From Chthoniobacterales bacterium (GTDB taxonomy: Bacteria > Verrucomicrobiota > Verrucomicrobiia > Chthoniobacterales > JACTMZ01), in NCBI GenBank assembly GCA_040880825.1, contig JBBEEK010000187.1:1-52967 (forward strand): a DNA stretch of 52,967 nt, written 5' to 3'. This document shows, piece by piece, positions 16,313 to 26,229 of this stretch (the first letter of the stretch is position 1; each line of letters starts with the position of its first letter). The position numbers and the translations under genes are program-made. A model generated the notes under the pieces. The model was not told the origin of the DNA, ran no database searches, and worked only from the letters and a program-made list of their open reading frames with translations.

Positions 16313-17608
16313 CTATTTTGAACCGGGCGCCACCAGGCGGTAAATCCCTAATCCGGCCAGCAGGGTCAGGGCACCGAAGAGGGCCTCGAACGGCTTGACT
16401 GTGGCGGTGTAGACGAGGGCGAAGGCGCCGATGGCGAGGAAAAGGAGGGGGGTCAGCGGATAGAGTGGCACGCGGAAGGGGCGGGGCAGGTCCGGTTGGG
16501 TGAAACGGTAAACGATGACCCCGAGCACGGCGAGGAAGCTGCAGGCCAGCAGCGCGAATTGCGTGTAGACGAGCACCTGCTCGAAGGTCGAGGTGAGGAG
16601 CAGCAAAAGGGTGAGCGCGCTCTGCGTCACCACGGCGGCGGCGGGGATTCCGGCGCTGGTGCGACTGCGCAACCAACCGAAAACGCGGGGGTAATCCTCG
16701 CCAATGACCATGGCCACGCGCGGGCCCGCCCAGATCATGGCGCTGATAGCGGAGACGAGGCCGAGGGCGATGACGGCAGCAACCAGCCGCCCGCCACCCT
16801 GGCCGAAGGCGGCTTGTGCGGCGACGCGGGCGACGTCGAGTTGTCCGGCCAGAGCACTGGCTGGTGCGACGTGGAGGAAGGCGGCGTTGAGCCCGAGGTA
16901 AAGGGCCGTGACGAGAATGGTGCCGGCGGCCAGGGCGATGGGGATGACGCGAGCGGGGGTTTTCACCTCGCCGAGAATGTAGGTGGCGGCGTTCCAGCCT
17001 GAGTAGGCGTAGAGGGTGAACATGAGGGAAACGGCGAACGGGGCGGTCAGCAGGTAGGAGTTCCACGGTCCGGCCGGCGCCGGGGTGGCGGCGGGCGCGA
17101 GGAAGAAAGCGGCGATGAGGAAAAGAACCAGGCCGATTTTGAGGACGGTGAAAACGATCTGAAAGACGCTGCTCAGGCGGAGGTCGCGCAGATGGAAAAG
17201 CGTCACCAGCACGACGACGGCAACCGAGGCGGCGAGGGGCGAGACCGTGGGGAAAACGCCCTGCAGGTAGGAGCCGAAGGCCATGGCGCTGAGGGCCACG
17301 GGGGCGGCAAAGCCGACAACGATCGAGACAAGGCCGGCCATGAAGCCGACTGACGGGTGATAGATGCGTCCGAGAAAATGGTATTCGCCGCCGGAGCGGG
17401 GCAGGGCGGCGGAGAGCTCGGCGTAGCAGAGGGCACCGCAGAGCGCGAGGACGCCGCCGAGGACCCAGAGGAGCATGATGGCGGGGCGGGAGGGGATTTC
17501 GGCGACCTGGAACCCGAGGCTGGTGAAGATCCCGGTGCCGACCATGTTGGCCACAACCAGTGCGGCACACGTGGCCAAGCCGACGGTTCGCGGGGCGGTC
17601 ATGGGCAC
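16313..17608 (-). CDS. APC-superfamily amino acid permease
   Basis: 431 aa, about 12 TM segments. N-terminal signature VVANMVGTGIFTSLG. Confidence 0.8.
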   Translation of the reverse strand: MPMTAPRTVGLATCAALVVANMVGTGIFTSLGFQVAEIPSRPAIMLLWVLGGVLALCGALCYAELSAALPRSGGEYHFLGRIYHPSVGFMAGLVSIVVGFAAPVALSAMAFGSYLQGVFPTVSPLAASVAVVVLVTLFHLRDLRLSSVFQIVFTVLKIGLVLFLIAAFFLAPAATPAPAGPWNSYLLTAPFAVSLMFTLYAYSGWNAATYILGEVKTPARVIPIALAAGTILVTALYLGLNAAFLHVAPASALAGQLDVARVAAQAAFGQGGGRLVAAVIALGLVSAISAMIWAGPRVAMVIGEDYPRVFGWLRSRTSAGIPAAAVVTQSALTLLLLLTSTFEQVLVYTQFALLACSFLAVLGVIVYRFTQPDLPRPFRVPLYPLTPLLFLAIGAFALVYTATVKPFEALFGALTLLAGLGIYRLVAPGSK

Positions 17609-17635
17609 GGGTTGCCAGCTTGCGCTTGATTAGCC

Positions 17636-18298
17636 ATGACAATCACTCCTAGCATGGCGTTCTGCATGAGCGCCATCCTCTTCCGCCGTTTTCTGGCGCG
17701 TCCTTTGCAAGTGGCTTACGTCCTACCCAGCTCCAAGGGGCTGGTGCGTCGTGTCTTGGACAAAATGGATTTTGCGCGCGCCAAGGTGTTCGTCGAATTC
17801 GGCGCGGGCGAGGGGTGTTACACGCGGGAACTGGCCAAGCGCTTGGCCCCGGACGCGAGGTTGCTGGTTTTCGAGTTGGACGTTCACTTGGCGGAGCATC
17901 TGCGCGAGCAGTTCAAGAACGACGACCGCGTGGTCGTTTACTGTCAGGATGCGGCGACTTTCCGCGACGAGATGAACAACTTGGGTATCCGCGAGGCGGA
18001 TTACGTGATTTCGGGGATTCCCTTCAGCTATCTTGATCCGAAAAAGAAGAAGGAGATTCTGCAGGCGGTGCACGAGGGGTTGACGGCCGACGGCCAATTC
18101 CTTGTTTACCAGGTCACGACGGAGCTCAAATCCCACACGCGGATGTTCGCGGCGCACGAGGTGGAATACTTTCTCGCGAGCATCCCTCCGATGTTCATTG
18201 TGGCCTGCCACAAGTCGGAGGTCACGCTGCGGCCAAAGCGTTCCAAGCGGAAGCCCGATAAAACAAAGCACCGTCCACGGGAAGCGGCGCACTCCTGA
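17636..18298 (+). CDS. Class I SAM-dependent methyltransferase (RrnaAD / phospholipid N-methyltransferase-like)
   Basis: SAM motif I VFVEFGAGEGCYT, acidic loop VFELD and motif IV-like ISGIPFSY. Lys/Arg-rich C-terminal tail. Confidence 0.6.
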   Translation: MTITPSMAFCMSAILFRRFLARPLQVAYVLPSSKGLVRRVLDKMDFARAKVFVEFGAGEGCYTRELAKRLAPDARLLVFELDVHLAEHLREQFKNDDRVVVYCQDAATFRDEMNNLGIREADYVISGIPFSYLDPKKKKEILQAVHEGLTADGQFLVYQVTTELKSHTRMFAAHEVEYFLASIPPMFIVACHKSEVTLRPKRSKRKPDKTKHRPREAAHS

Positions 18299-18336
18299 AC
18301 GATTTGCGGGGAGGCTCTTTCGCCGGCAGCGGGCGT

Positions 18337-19323
18337 CTATTGAGGCAGGAGGTCAGCGACCATCGAGCGTTCTTCCATCAGTTCGTTGACGGATTTTTCG
18401 ATGCGGGCGCGGGCCAAGTCGTTGTGCGAGAGGCCTTGGACGATGGAGGCCTGCTGATTCTTGCTTGAGACGGGGAAACCGCAGATGAGACCGGGTTCGA
18501 TGCCGTAGGAGCCATCGGCACAAAGCGCCACGCTGTGCCAGTCGCCGGCGGGGGTGTCCGTGGTGAGGCTTTGCACGGTCTCGATGGCGGCGTGGGCGGC
18601 GGAGAAGGCGGAGGAGAGACCGCGGGCTTTGATGATGGCGGCGCCGCGTTCTTGGACAGTTTTGATGAATTCGTCTTCGAGCCAGGTGTGGTCGTGGATG
18701 ACTTCGGGCGCGGGCGTGCCGCCGATGCGGGCGTTGAAGAAGTCGGGGAACTGGGTGTTCGAGTGGTTGCCCCAGATGGCCATGTTGGTCACGTCGCGCC
18801 ACGGCACGCCGGCCTTCTGCGCGAGCTGCGATTTGGCCCGGTTCTCGTCGAGGCGCATCATGGCGAACCAGCGGTCGGAGGGGATGCCGCGCGCGTTGTT
18901 CATGGCGATGAGGCAGTTGGTGTTGCACGGGTTGCCCACGACGAGAACACGGACGTCGGAGGCGGCGTTCTTTTCGAGGGCCCGGCCTTGGCCGATGAAA
19001 ATCTTGCCATTGATGCCGAGCAGTTCCTTGCGCTCCATGCCGGCTTTGCGGGGGACGCTGCCGATGAGGAGGGCCCAGCTGACGCCGTCAAAGCCGCGGT
19101 CGAGGTCACTGGTCGTCTCGATGCCCTCGAGCAGGGGGAAGGCACCGTCCTGCAGTTCCATGGCCACGCCTTGGAGGGCGGCCATGCCGGGTTCGATCTC
19201 GATGAGTTGCAGGATGACCGGTTGGTCGGCACCGAAGACTTGCCCGCTGGCGATGCGGGGGAGAATGGAGTAACCGATTTGACCGGCGGCGCCGGTCACT
19301 GCCACGCGAATTGCTTTTTGCAT
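18337..19323 (-). CDS. mdh: Malate dehydrogenase
   Basis: 328 aa. NAD motif [10 protein letters not shown], plus VGNPCNTN and the catalytic His region WGNHS. Confidence 0.9.
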   Translation of the reverse strand: MQKAIRVAVTGAAGQIGYSILPRIASGQVFGADQPVILQLIEIEPGMAALQGVAMELQDGAFPLLEGIETTSDLDRGFDGVSWALLIGSVPRKAGMERKELLGINGKIFIGQGRALEKNAASDVRVLVVGNPCNTNCLIAMNNARGIPSDRWFAMMRLDENRAKSQLAQKAGVPWRDVTNMAIWGNHSNTQFPDFFNARIGGTPAPEVIHDHTWLEDEFIKTVQERGAAIIKARGLSSAFSAAHAAIETVQSLTTDTPAGDWHSVALCADGSYGIEPGLICGFPVSSKNQQASIVQGLSHNDLARARIEKSVNELMEERSMVADLLPQ

Positions 19324-19360
19324 CGGCGCGATATTGGGTCAAAAGCCGCGGAGTCTCGAC

Positions 19361-19403
19361 CAAAAAAATGAGAGGGCCCGCGCCGCCGGCGGCGGAACGG
19401 GCC
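19361..19403 (-). terminator. Rho-independent terminator of the HU gene
   Basis: On the minus strand: long GC hairpin GGCCCG-ttCCGCCGCCGGCGGCG-CGGGCC, followed by CTCTCATTTTTTT. Starts ~20 nt after the HU stop. Confidence 0.6.
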
Positions 19404-19425
19404 TTTTCCGGTGGAGGGGAGATTC

Positions 19426-19695
19426 TTAGAGCTTGCTCTTGAGATCCTTGCCGGCACCGAACTTCACGCCTTTGGAGGCTTTGATCTTGATGCGCTCGCC
19501 GGTCTTGGGATTGACCCCCATACGGGCCTTGCGGTTGACAACTTTGAAGGTGCCGAAGCCGACGAGTTGCATGAGCTTGCTTTTTTTGAGGTGCGTCTTG
19601 ATGCCCTCGATGACGGCGTTGACGGCGCGCTCGGCGTCGGCTTTGGTGCTGCAGAGCTCTTTTTGGACGGATTCAATGAGTTTTATTTTGTTCAT
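19426..19695 (-). CDS. HU-family DNA-binding protein
   Basis: MNKIKLIESV... with GFGTFKVVNRKARMGVNPKTGERIKI, the beta-arm signature. About 89 aa from ATG 19695. The track ORF is over-extended. Confidence 0.9.
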   Translation of the reverse strand: MNKIKLIESVQKELCSTKADAERAVNAVIEGIKTHLKKSKLMQLVGFGTFKVVNRKARMGVNPKTGERIKIKASKGVKFGAGKDLKSKL

Positions 19696-19854
19696 GGTGC
19701 GGTTGTGCTGCGGGTTTGCGGGTGAGGTGAAATGGGAACAACGTGGTTTTTTCCTCCCCCGCGGCGAGGGTGTCAATTTTCATCGCCTCGCAGGGGCAAA
19801 AAAACCGGGGGGAATAGGATTGACAGGCGCAGCCCCCGGGCGGCGGATGATGGC

Positions 19855-20409
19855 ATGAATGGCCAAACCTTCGGTCCGATGGGAAAATTTTCCGAAACCA
19901 TCGCCCGCAACATCCGCACGGCCCCGCGCATCGCGGCGGATGCCTACCTCGCCGCCGACGCCACCGTGGTGGCCAATGTCGAGATCGGCCCGGAGGCCAG
20001 TGTCTGGCACCAAGCGGTGCTGCGCGGCGACGTGGCGCCCATCGTGCTGGGCCCGCAGTCCAACGTGCAAGATGGCGCGGTGGTCCACGTGGCGGACGAT
20101 CTTCCGGCGATCATCGGGCGGCTGGTGACGGTCGGCCACAAAGCCATCGTCCACGCCTGCGTGGTCGAGGATGAGGTGCTGGTCGGTATGGGGGCGATCA
20201 TTCTCGACGGGGCGCGGGTCGGCACACGCTCCATCATCGGGGCCAATGCCACGGTCAAACAGGGCATGGAGATCCCGCCCGGTTCTTTGGTCCTTGGCAC
20301 GCCGGCGAAGATTGTGCGGACGCTGTCCGAGGCCGAGCAGGATGAGATCAAGATGTGGGCGCTGCGCTACGTGCGGCTCTCGCGGGAGTATCTGAAAGCG
20401 CAGGCTTAG
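19855..20409 (+). CDS. Gamma-carbonic-anhydrase-like left-handed beta-helix (hexapeptide repeat) protein
   Basis: Hexapeptide repeats and the His-containing blocks VLRGD, NVQDGAVVH and VGHKAIVHAC. Start at ATG 19855 or 19879. Confidence 0.75.
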   Translation: MNGQTFGPMGKFSETIARNIRTAPRIAADAYLAADATVVANVEIGPEASVWHQAVLRGDVAPIVLGPQSNVQDGAVVHVADDLPAIIGRLVTVGHKAIVHACVVEDEVLVGMGAIILDGARVGTRSIIGANATVKQGMEIPPGSLVLGTPAKIVRTLSEAEQDEIKMWALRYVRLSREYLKAQA

Positions 20410-21317
20410 CCTCCGGCGGAGCCGTGGTCTCCATCGCATTCCAGGTGGGTGATGACTTGGGCGGCGGGGTGGATATTTTTTTCGACGGCTTCCTCGATGG
20501 CGGTGGCCACGCGATGGGCCTCGCGCAGGAGGATGTCGCGCGGGAAGACGAGGTGAACTTCGACGAGATGGGCGTCCCCGATGTTCCGGTGGCGGAGGTT
20601 GTGGTGGCTGAGTCCGTGTTTGCGGGTTTCGGCGATGACGAGTTCCTCGATCTGGCGGTGGACGGCGGGATCGGCGGCATCCATCAACCCGCTGACGCTG
20701 CGGCGCACGAGACGCAGGCCGGAGATGAGGATGTTGAGCGCGGCGGCGATGGCGAAGATCGGATCCCAGTAGAGCCAGCCGGTGAGTTGGACAAGGCCGA
20801 GGGCGACGAGCACGCCGAGGCTCGTCCAGCAGTCGGTCAGAACGTGGTGACCGTTGGCTTCGAGAATGATCGAGCCGCGCCGCTGTCCGGTGCGGACGAG
20901 GTGCCAGCCGAGTAAACCGTTGAGCACGGCGGCGAGCGCGGTCAGGGCGAGACCGACCGGCAGATGGGCGAGTTCCGGGCCGCGGAGGATGGCGCCGGTG
21001 GCGATGTAGAGAATGTAAAGCGCCGCGGCGATGATGAGCGCGCCCTCGAAGCCGGCGGAAAAGAAGCTGACTTTGGCGTGTCCGTAGAGGTGACCCGCGT
21101 CGGCCGGCCGGAGGGTCAGCCACAGGCTGTAGGCGGCGAAGCCGACGGCCACCAAGTGGGCGACGCTCTCGCCCAAGTCGCTGAGGATGGCGCTGGAACC
21201 GGTCCACCACCAAGCGAAGGCCTTGAGCACGAGGAGTAGCACGCCGGCGGCGACGGAGAGAGCCATGGCCAACTTTTTCTCGGCGGCAGCCGCGGGGACC
21301 GGGAGGTTTTCACCCAT
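20406..21317 (-). CDS. Cation diffusion facilitator (CDF) family metal efflux transporter
   Basis: Start MGENL at ATG 21317. Has SAILSDLGESVAHL in TM2 and HVLTDCWTS in TM5, with a cytoplasmic C-terminal domain. The track ORF 20406..22973 is over-extended. Confidence 0.8.
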   Translation of the reverse strand: MGENLPVPAAAAEKKLAMALSVAAGVLLLVLKAFAWWWTGSSAILSDLGESVAHLVAVGFAAYSLWLTLRPADAGHLYGHAKVSFFSAGFEGALIIAAALYILYIATGAILRGPELAHLPVGLALTALAAVLNGLLGWHLVRTGQRRGSIILEANGHHVLTDCWTSLGVLVALGLVQLTGWLYWDPIFAIAAALNILISGLRLVRRSVSGLMDAADPAVHRQIEELVIAETRKHGLSHHNLRHRNIGDAHLVEVHLVFPRDILLREAHRVATAIEEAVEKNIHPAAQVITHLECDGDHGSAGG

Positions 21318-21416
21318 GATGTTGACGATTCTGTGACCTTGCGCGTGCGGGGAAGCAAGCACGATATCGGGCGGTGCTTGTCGATTGGTGGATTCCGCCG
21401 TTAGAGTTCTGCCGCA

Positions 21417-24400
21417 GTGAGTGATCCACGGGAGAGAAAAATCGGGGTTCTGCGCGGTGAGCCCGGTGGTGGCGAGGATGCCGACGCGGTGCGGCGCCGG
21501 CTTTATTACATCAACCTGAAATTGCGCGATCTGGGTTGCCCGACGTTTCCGGTGAAAATGGACCCGGAGTTTGCGGATCTGATGGGCGGGTTGATGGCGC
21601 TCAACCGCGAGAAAGACCGCTTGCTGGCGCGGCATCTGTGCCCGGCCGACACGCGGATCCAGAATTTTCTCTACGAGTATCTGCAGGACGCGGTCGAGGT
21701 GCCGCGCTTGCCGTCGCGGACTTTCGTCCTCGACCGGCACGGGTTGGCGCGGCAGTTGTCGTTGCCGCCGGACAAGGACGAGTTTTCTTCCGAGATCATC
21801 AACTCCTACCGCGTGCGGCAGGGCGTGTTGCACAACCCGAAGAGCGACCGGCGCACGACGCAGGGCATTTTTCACGTCACCGAGGGCGGGTTGCCGGTGC
21901 CGGACGACAAAAAGGCGGTGCCCGCCGCGGTCTTCGGGCGCTTGCTCAAAGCCGCGTTCGAGCCGCCGCCGGAGTTGCGGCGTTTGCCGTTTACTTCGAC
22001 GCTGCCCGAGCCGGCTGAGTGCTTTGTTTCGCTGCTGCTGCGTCCGGTGGTATGTCCCGGTGTTCCGGGGGTCAGCCCGGAGAAGTCGATGGAAGTGCGC
22101 TTTTTCGTGCCGGGCGGTCTGGTTTGCAATCTGGACTTCGTCGAGAGCATCTTCGGCAACGCGGGGGACCCGAATCTGCCGGAGAACGATGCCGGATTGG
22201 ACGCGGCGCATTGGACCGGCCACACGGGCTGCGTGGTCCTCGCACCCCACCTCAACAAGCTGACCAAGGCGGAGCTTGGCTTGCCGCGGTGGGAGGAGGC
22301 CACCGAGCGGCAGCGGCGCGACGGGATGTGTTGGAAGTCGGAGGACGAACTCTACAACGACGGCACGGCGTTCAAGATCACGGCGCGCGACGAGCATGGG
22401 GTGGTGGTCACGGTCATTTCGGACAACTATTTCGGCTACTGCAAAAAAGAGGTCAAAACCCAGCTCAGCATGGCCGCCAATCTTTTCGGCAACGCCGAGG
22501 AGGAGCACGCCGGCGGGGCGCTCATTTTTCCCAGCTACGATCTGGCCGAGCAGATTTACGCGCCGGACCTGCCGTTGGAAAACCAACGAACCATGGCGGA
22601 GGCACTGGAGTTGCTCGGCGATGCCGTCGAGCGCCAGCCGGAGGGGCATGCGGTGGATCGTCATTACCCCGACATCGTTTACGTCCCGGAGAACACCCGC
22701 TTCACCTTGCTCGAGCAGAAGGTGGTGTGGGAGCAGGATGGCGCGGGGCGGGAGATTCCCCTGCGTCTCGGCCACCGCTATGTGCTGCCCTGCGGCTACA
22801 AGATTCACATGGAAAAACCTCTCACCGGCCGGGCTTGGCGCCTGGTCGGCACGATGGCCGAGGGGACGCTCTGCCACAAACCGTGCACCGTCTCGGGCGG
22901 GGGCAAGTCGGAGATTTCCAAACCGATCACCGACGCCATCTTGCAGGGGCCGATTTTCGTGGCGGACTTCCAAGCAGATTTCGACCGCGTCGACGAGTTG
23001 CTACGCCACGACTACGGGAACCGCTATGCCGATCCGGCGCGCAACGGCACGGATCGCCGCGAGTTGCTCAGCCCGCGCCGCTCGCTGGGTTCGGTCATCA
23101 AACTGCTGACGCCGTCCTCCGCTTTCGCCGCGGACTACAACGCGTGGCTCGAGACTATTCCGCAGCACATCAAGGAGCTGGTTTTCGTCCTCAAGCGCTT
23201 CTACCGCCCGGCGTGGGGCGAGCACTGGCGGGAGCAATTCAGCGTCGACACGGTCAACGGTTTGCCGGCCAACGAACTGCGTTTCCGCACGCGCAAGTTG
23301 GTGGCGAACTACCTGCGCGTCGGTTTCGACGCCCACGATTCATGGCGCACCTTCGGGTTGCGCAAAGATTTCTCTCCGGCGTTGAAGATCCAGATGGAGG
23401 ATGACATCACGGCCTCGACTTTGGTCCCGCGTCCGCGTCTCGAGAGTCTCCTCGACCGCCAGACAGCGCAGCTGGCCTCGGTGAAATTCGTCCACAACTG
23501 TGAATACCGTTTGTTCCAGCGTCCGGATGACGCGATCCATCGCGGCTATGACAAGCAAACAGAGTTCGATTTCGCGCACGGCGGGAATTTTTTCTCGAAC
23601 TACCAACCCCTGACGCTGGACGAGGCCCGGACCATCCTCGAAGACGCCATCGACTACTACGAATACACGCGGCCGATGCAGAAGATGATCGCGGGCTACG
23701 TGGAGGCGGGGCGTCCGGCCTTTTTTGTCTCCAGCGCCAACCCGCGGCTGGTCGACGGGCGGCCGACGAAAAACCCGCGCTACCTCCAGACGCGACCGGA
23801 TCTGCTCGACCCGCGCGGGCGCTATCTGGCGGACGTCGGGATCCGTTTGGCCCGCGGTTTGCGGACCGACCAACCGGCCCTCACGCCGGTCAACGCGGTG
23901 CTGGCCGGCCGGCGCAACAATCCGCCGGACCGCGGGGCGGGGATTCGTTCGCTGGCCGTCTACAATCCGATCCACCAGATGGAGCTCCCGGAGCTTTTCA
24001 TCGAATTCATCTGCAGCATGACCGGCAAGTCGCCTTCGACCACGGGGGCCGGCTCGGAGGGTGCGCTGACCAAGGGGCCGTTCAATGCGCTGCCGCCGAT
24101 CTACGACCTGAATTCGGCTTTCGTCTCGTATGCGGTCAGCGGCTACGACGGCTTCGTCACGGCGGCGGGCTACGTGGGACCGGACGCGCGCATGGACCAC
24201 GATATCAGCCTGCTCGTCCCCGAGGTCTGGTGCCGCATGTCGGTGGAGGAACGGTCGCCGGACTTCCTCCTGCGGCACGGGTATCTGGAGACAGTCGAGG
24301 ATTTCGAGCATGAAGGGCGGCTCATTCCAGCCAGCCGTCTCGGGCGGCGCATGACCCACAAATTCGCCAATGTTTTCTTCGGCCGGGTCTTCAACCATCC

Positions 24401-24905
24401 GCACGTGGTGTTGACCGACGGGATGCTCCGTCCCGAGTTGCAGGGGGTGGAGGATTTTGTCGAGGGCATGGACAACATCGTGGCCACGCAAAAGCGCGTG
24501 GCGGAGCATTACTTCGCTGATGGCAGCGTGGAGTGGGCCGTGCCGCCGCTGCGGGTCTTGCTCCACGTCATGCGCGACAACCACTGGGAGGGAAAAACAC
24601 TGGCCGACCCGGAAATCCGTGCGATGTTCACCCGCCGGAGTGTGCTGGGCAGCGACTGGTATGGGGCGCGGTTGGAGACCAAGCAGAAGATTGACGAGCG
24701 GCTGTGGGCGCGGCATGCGGACTACCTCGAAAAGTTCCTCGGTAATCCGAACTATTCCGGCGAAGCGGAGCGTTTGGACATCGCCGCGCGGCTGGAGCAC
24801 GCGCAGGCGGAACTGGCGAGGGTGCGGGATCCATCTTACGCCGCCAGCCTGGCGGGCATGACGGGGGCAGAGCCGGCGGTGCCGGAGCGCGCGACGGTTC
24901 GGTAG
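21417..24905 (+). CDS. Probable PPi-dependent phosphoenolpyruvate carboxykinase (PPi-PEPCK family, ~130 kDa)
   Basis: 1162-aa single ORF with coding-type codon bias throughout. The size and blocks such as DNYFGYCKKEVKTQLS and the P-loop-like CTVSGGGKSEISKP match my recollection of the Entamoeba/Propionibacterium PPi-PEPCK family. Not verified by search. GTG start, uncertain. Confidence 0.5.
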   Translation: MSDPRERKIGVLRGEPGGGEDADAVRRRLYYINLKLRDLGCPTFPVKMDPEFADLMGGLMALNREKDRLLARHLCPADTRIQNFLYEYLQDAVEVPRLPSRTFVLDRHGLARQLSLPPDKDEFSSEIINSYRVRQGVLHNPKSDRRTTQGIFHVTEGGLPVPDDKKAVPAAVFGRLLKAAFEPPPELRRLPFTSTLPEPAECFVSLLLRPVVCPGVPGVSPEKSMEVRFFVPGGLVCNLDFVESIFGNAGDPNLPENDAGLDAAHWTGHTGCVVLAPHLNKLTKAELGLPRWEEATERQRRDGMCWKSEDELYNDGTAFKITARDEHGVVVTVISDNYFGYCKKEVKTQLSMAANLFGNAEEEHAGGALIFPSYDLAEQIYAPDLPLENQRTMAEALELLGDAVERQPEGHAVDRHYPDIVYVPENTRFTLLEQKVVWEQDGAGREIPLRLGHRYVLPCGYKIHMEKPLTGRAWRLVGTMAEGTLCHKPCTVSGGGKSEISKPITDAILQGPIFVADFQADFDRVDELLRHDYGNRYADPARNGTDRRELLSPRRSLGSVIKLLTPSSAFAADYNAWLETIPQHIKELVFVLKRFYRPAWGEHWREQFSVDTVNGLPANELRFRTRKLVANYLRVGFDAHDSWRTFGLRKDFSPALKIQMEDDITASTLVPRPRLESLLDRQTAQLASVKFVHNCEYRLFQRPDDAIHRGYDKQTEFDFAHGGNFFSNYQPLTLDEARTILEDAIDYYEYTRPMQKMIAGYVEAGRPAFFVSSANPRLVDGRPTKNPRYLQTRPDLLDPRGRYLADVGIRLARGLRTDQPALTPVNAVLAGRRNNPPDRGAGIRSLAVYNPIHQMELPELFIEFICSMTGKSPSTTGAGSEGALTKGPFNALPPIYDLNSAFVSYAVSGYDGFVTAAGYVGPDARMDHDISLLVPEVWCRMSVEERSPDFLLRHGYLETVEDFEHEGRLIPASRLGRRMTHKFANVFFGRVFNHPHVVLTDGMLRPELQGVEDFVEGMDNIVATQKRVAEHYFADGSVEWAVPPLRVLLHVMRDNHWEGKTLADPEIRAMFTRRSVLGSDWYGARLETKQKIDERLWARHADYLEKFLGNPNYSGEAERLDIAARLEHAQAELARVRDPSYAASLAGMTGAEPAVPERATVR

Positions 24906-24916
24906 GACGGGCGCGG

Positions 24917-25711
24917 TCAGCCTTTGCTCAGCGCGGCGCCATCCAGATCGATGTTGATGTGGTATTTGCGGAAAATGCCACTGACTTCGACGGGGTGGTC
25001 GATGGAGACGATGGGCAGCCAGGAAGACTTGCCTTTGTTGACGGGGCGATAAACTCCATACCAGTAACTGTAGTAGCGGTAGTCGTGTTTGTTGCTCCGT
25101 GACCGGCCCTCCAAGATTTTGCCGTTCTGCACGCGGAGCTCTTGGTCGCGCCGGTCCACGTCCTTGAGAAACTCGGACGCATGCACGTGGGCCCGCACTT
25201 TGGGAAGACCCGGAGCAGTGCGCAGGGTGATTTCGGCAATGAGGCCCGCCCCCGTCGAGCCGGTGACGCGCAATTCCTCCACCACGCCGGTGACGGTCAG
25301 ACGGGTGCCGACCATGTCGTCGGCTTCGTCCCGCTGGTTCTTCATGAAGGCCGCCAGTTCCTCCGCGGTGACCGTCTGGCCGAAGTCGGGCCGACTCGGT
25401 GGCGGTGGGGTGGTTGCGGGCTTTGCCGCAGGTGCCGTGGAGATTTCCACGATGGATGAAGACGGAACGAGTCCGAGCACCTCGCGCTCCTTTTCCGGAC
25501 GAAACCGGATGAGCACTTCTCCGGATTCCGCTTTTTCGCCGAGCACTTCGACCTCGGTGCCGGCCGGGATCTCGGCCGCTGTTTTCCCGTCGAACCTTGC
25601 TTCGGTCGTCTGGACAGTCAGGGCTTTGCGCGTGCCGCCCAGCAGACTGGAAGCGGCGGGCAGGAAGAGAAGGACTGCGGTCAAAAAAGCCGCCGGGAAT
25701 CGCGGACGCAT
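24917..25711 (-). CDS. Exported or anchored protein of unknown function (SH3-like N-domain, Pro-rich linker, OB-like C-domain)
   Basis: N-terminal hydrophobic segment AAFLTAVLLFLPAASSLLGG and Pro-rich linker APAAKPATTPPPPSRPDF. Last gene of the ExbB/ExbD run, with a 52-nt gap. Confidence 0.5.
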   Translation of the reverse strand: MRPRFPAAFLTAVLLFLPAASSLLGGTRKALTVQTTEARFDGKTAAEIPAGTEVEVLGEKAESGEVLIRFRPEKEREVLGLVPSSSIVEISTAPAAKPATTPPPPSRPDFGQTVTAEELAAFMKNQRDEADDMVGTRLTVTGVVEELRVTGSTGAGLIAEITLRTAPGLPKVRAHVHASEFLKDVDRRDQELRVQNGKILEGRSRSNKHDYRYYSYWYGVYRPVNKGKSSWLPIVSIDHPVEVSGIFRKYHINIDLDGAALSKG

Positions 25712-25763
25712 TGCCCCTACCGGATTATCAAAAACCGTCCGCAGGTCAAGTTTTCGGCGGAGC

Positions 25764-26183
25764 CTAACTGAACGTCAGGTTTTTCACCCCGGCGGCGGCG
25801 GCTCCGTTGAGGACGTCGATGATGCGGTCTTGGCGGGCGTTGTCGTCGGGGCGGATGATGACGGGGTTGTCCTCGCCGAAGCGGTCGATGTTGTCTTTGA
25901 GCTGGGCGCGCAACTCGGGGAGGTCCTTGCTGGCCGGCGTGTCGAAGATGCGGCTGTTCATGCTGATCACGCCGTCGGCGCCGATGTCGATGATCATCGG
26001 GGTGGGCGGCGGTCCGGTGGAAGCTTGGCCGCGGCCGCTGGGCAGGCTGATGTTCAACTCGCGCTCGATGATTTGCGAGCCGGCCGACGCCATGAAAAAA
26101 AGCAGGAGGACGAAAACGACGTCCACCATCGGGGCGATCTGGAATCCCACATCGCCGTCTTCGGAGCTTACAGATCCACCCAT
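25764..26183 (-). CDS. exbD: ExbD/TolR-family protein (copy 2)
   Basis: FQIAPMVDVVFVLLLFFM single TM segment with the conserved Asp, plus a periplasmic domain. 139 aa. Confidence 0.8.
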   Translation of the reverse strand: MGGSVSSEDGDVGFQIAPMVDVVFVLLLFFMASAGSQIIERELNISLPSGRGQASTGPPPTPMIIDIGADGVISMNSRIFDTPASKDLPELRAQLKDNIDRFGEDNPVIIRPDDNARQDRIIDVLNGAAAAGVKNLTFS

Positions 26184-26229
26184 ATGCGGAAAATTGGCGT
26201 GTTATGGTCGGGTTGGCAAGTCGGGTTGG

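Noticed and set aside
17636-18298. Methyltransferase considered as an orphan DNA methyltransferase of a restriction-modification or defence system
   Set aside because: It is small (220 aa). The motif pattern (GAGEG...ISGIPFSY) fits RrnaAD or phospholipid N-methyltransferase-like enzymes. There is no adjacent nuclease, specificity subunit or helicase.
21319-21416. Promoter or operator upstream of the PPi-PEPCK-like gene (TTGACG at 21319; inverted repeat CAAGCAC-N11-GTGCTTG; TTGTCG-N17-TTAGAG)
   Set aside because: There is no convincing -10 element at proper spacing for the first hexamer, and the second pair is weak. The inverted repeat is only 7 bp. Too speculative to list as a feature.
21318-22973. 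N-terminal ~550 aa of the 855-aa minus-strand ORF 20406..22973
   Set aside because: Only the last 303 codons (from MGENL at 21317) look like a CDF transporter. The upstream part is antisense to the large plus-strand ORF and is Arg-rich with no TM segments. Treated as over-extension.
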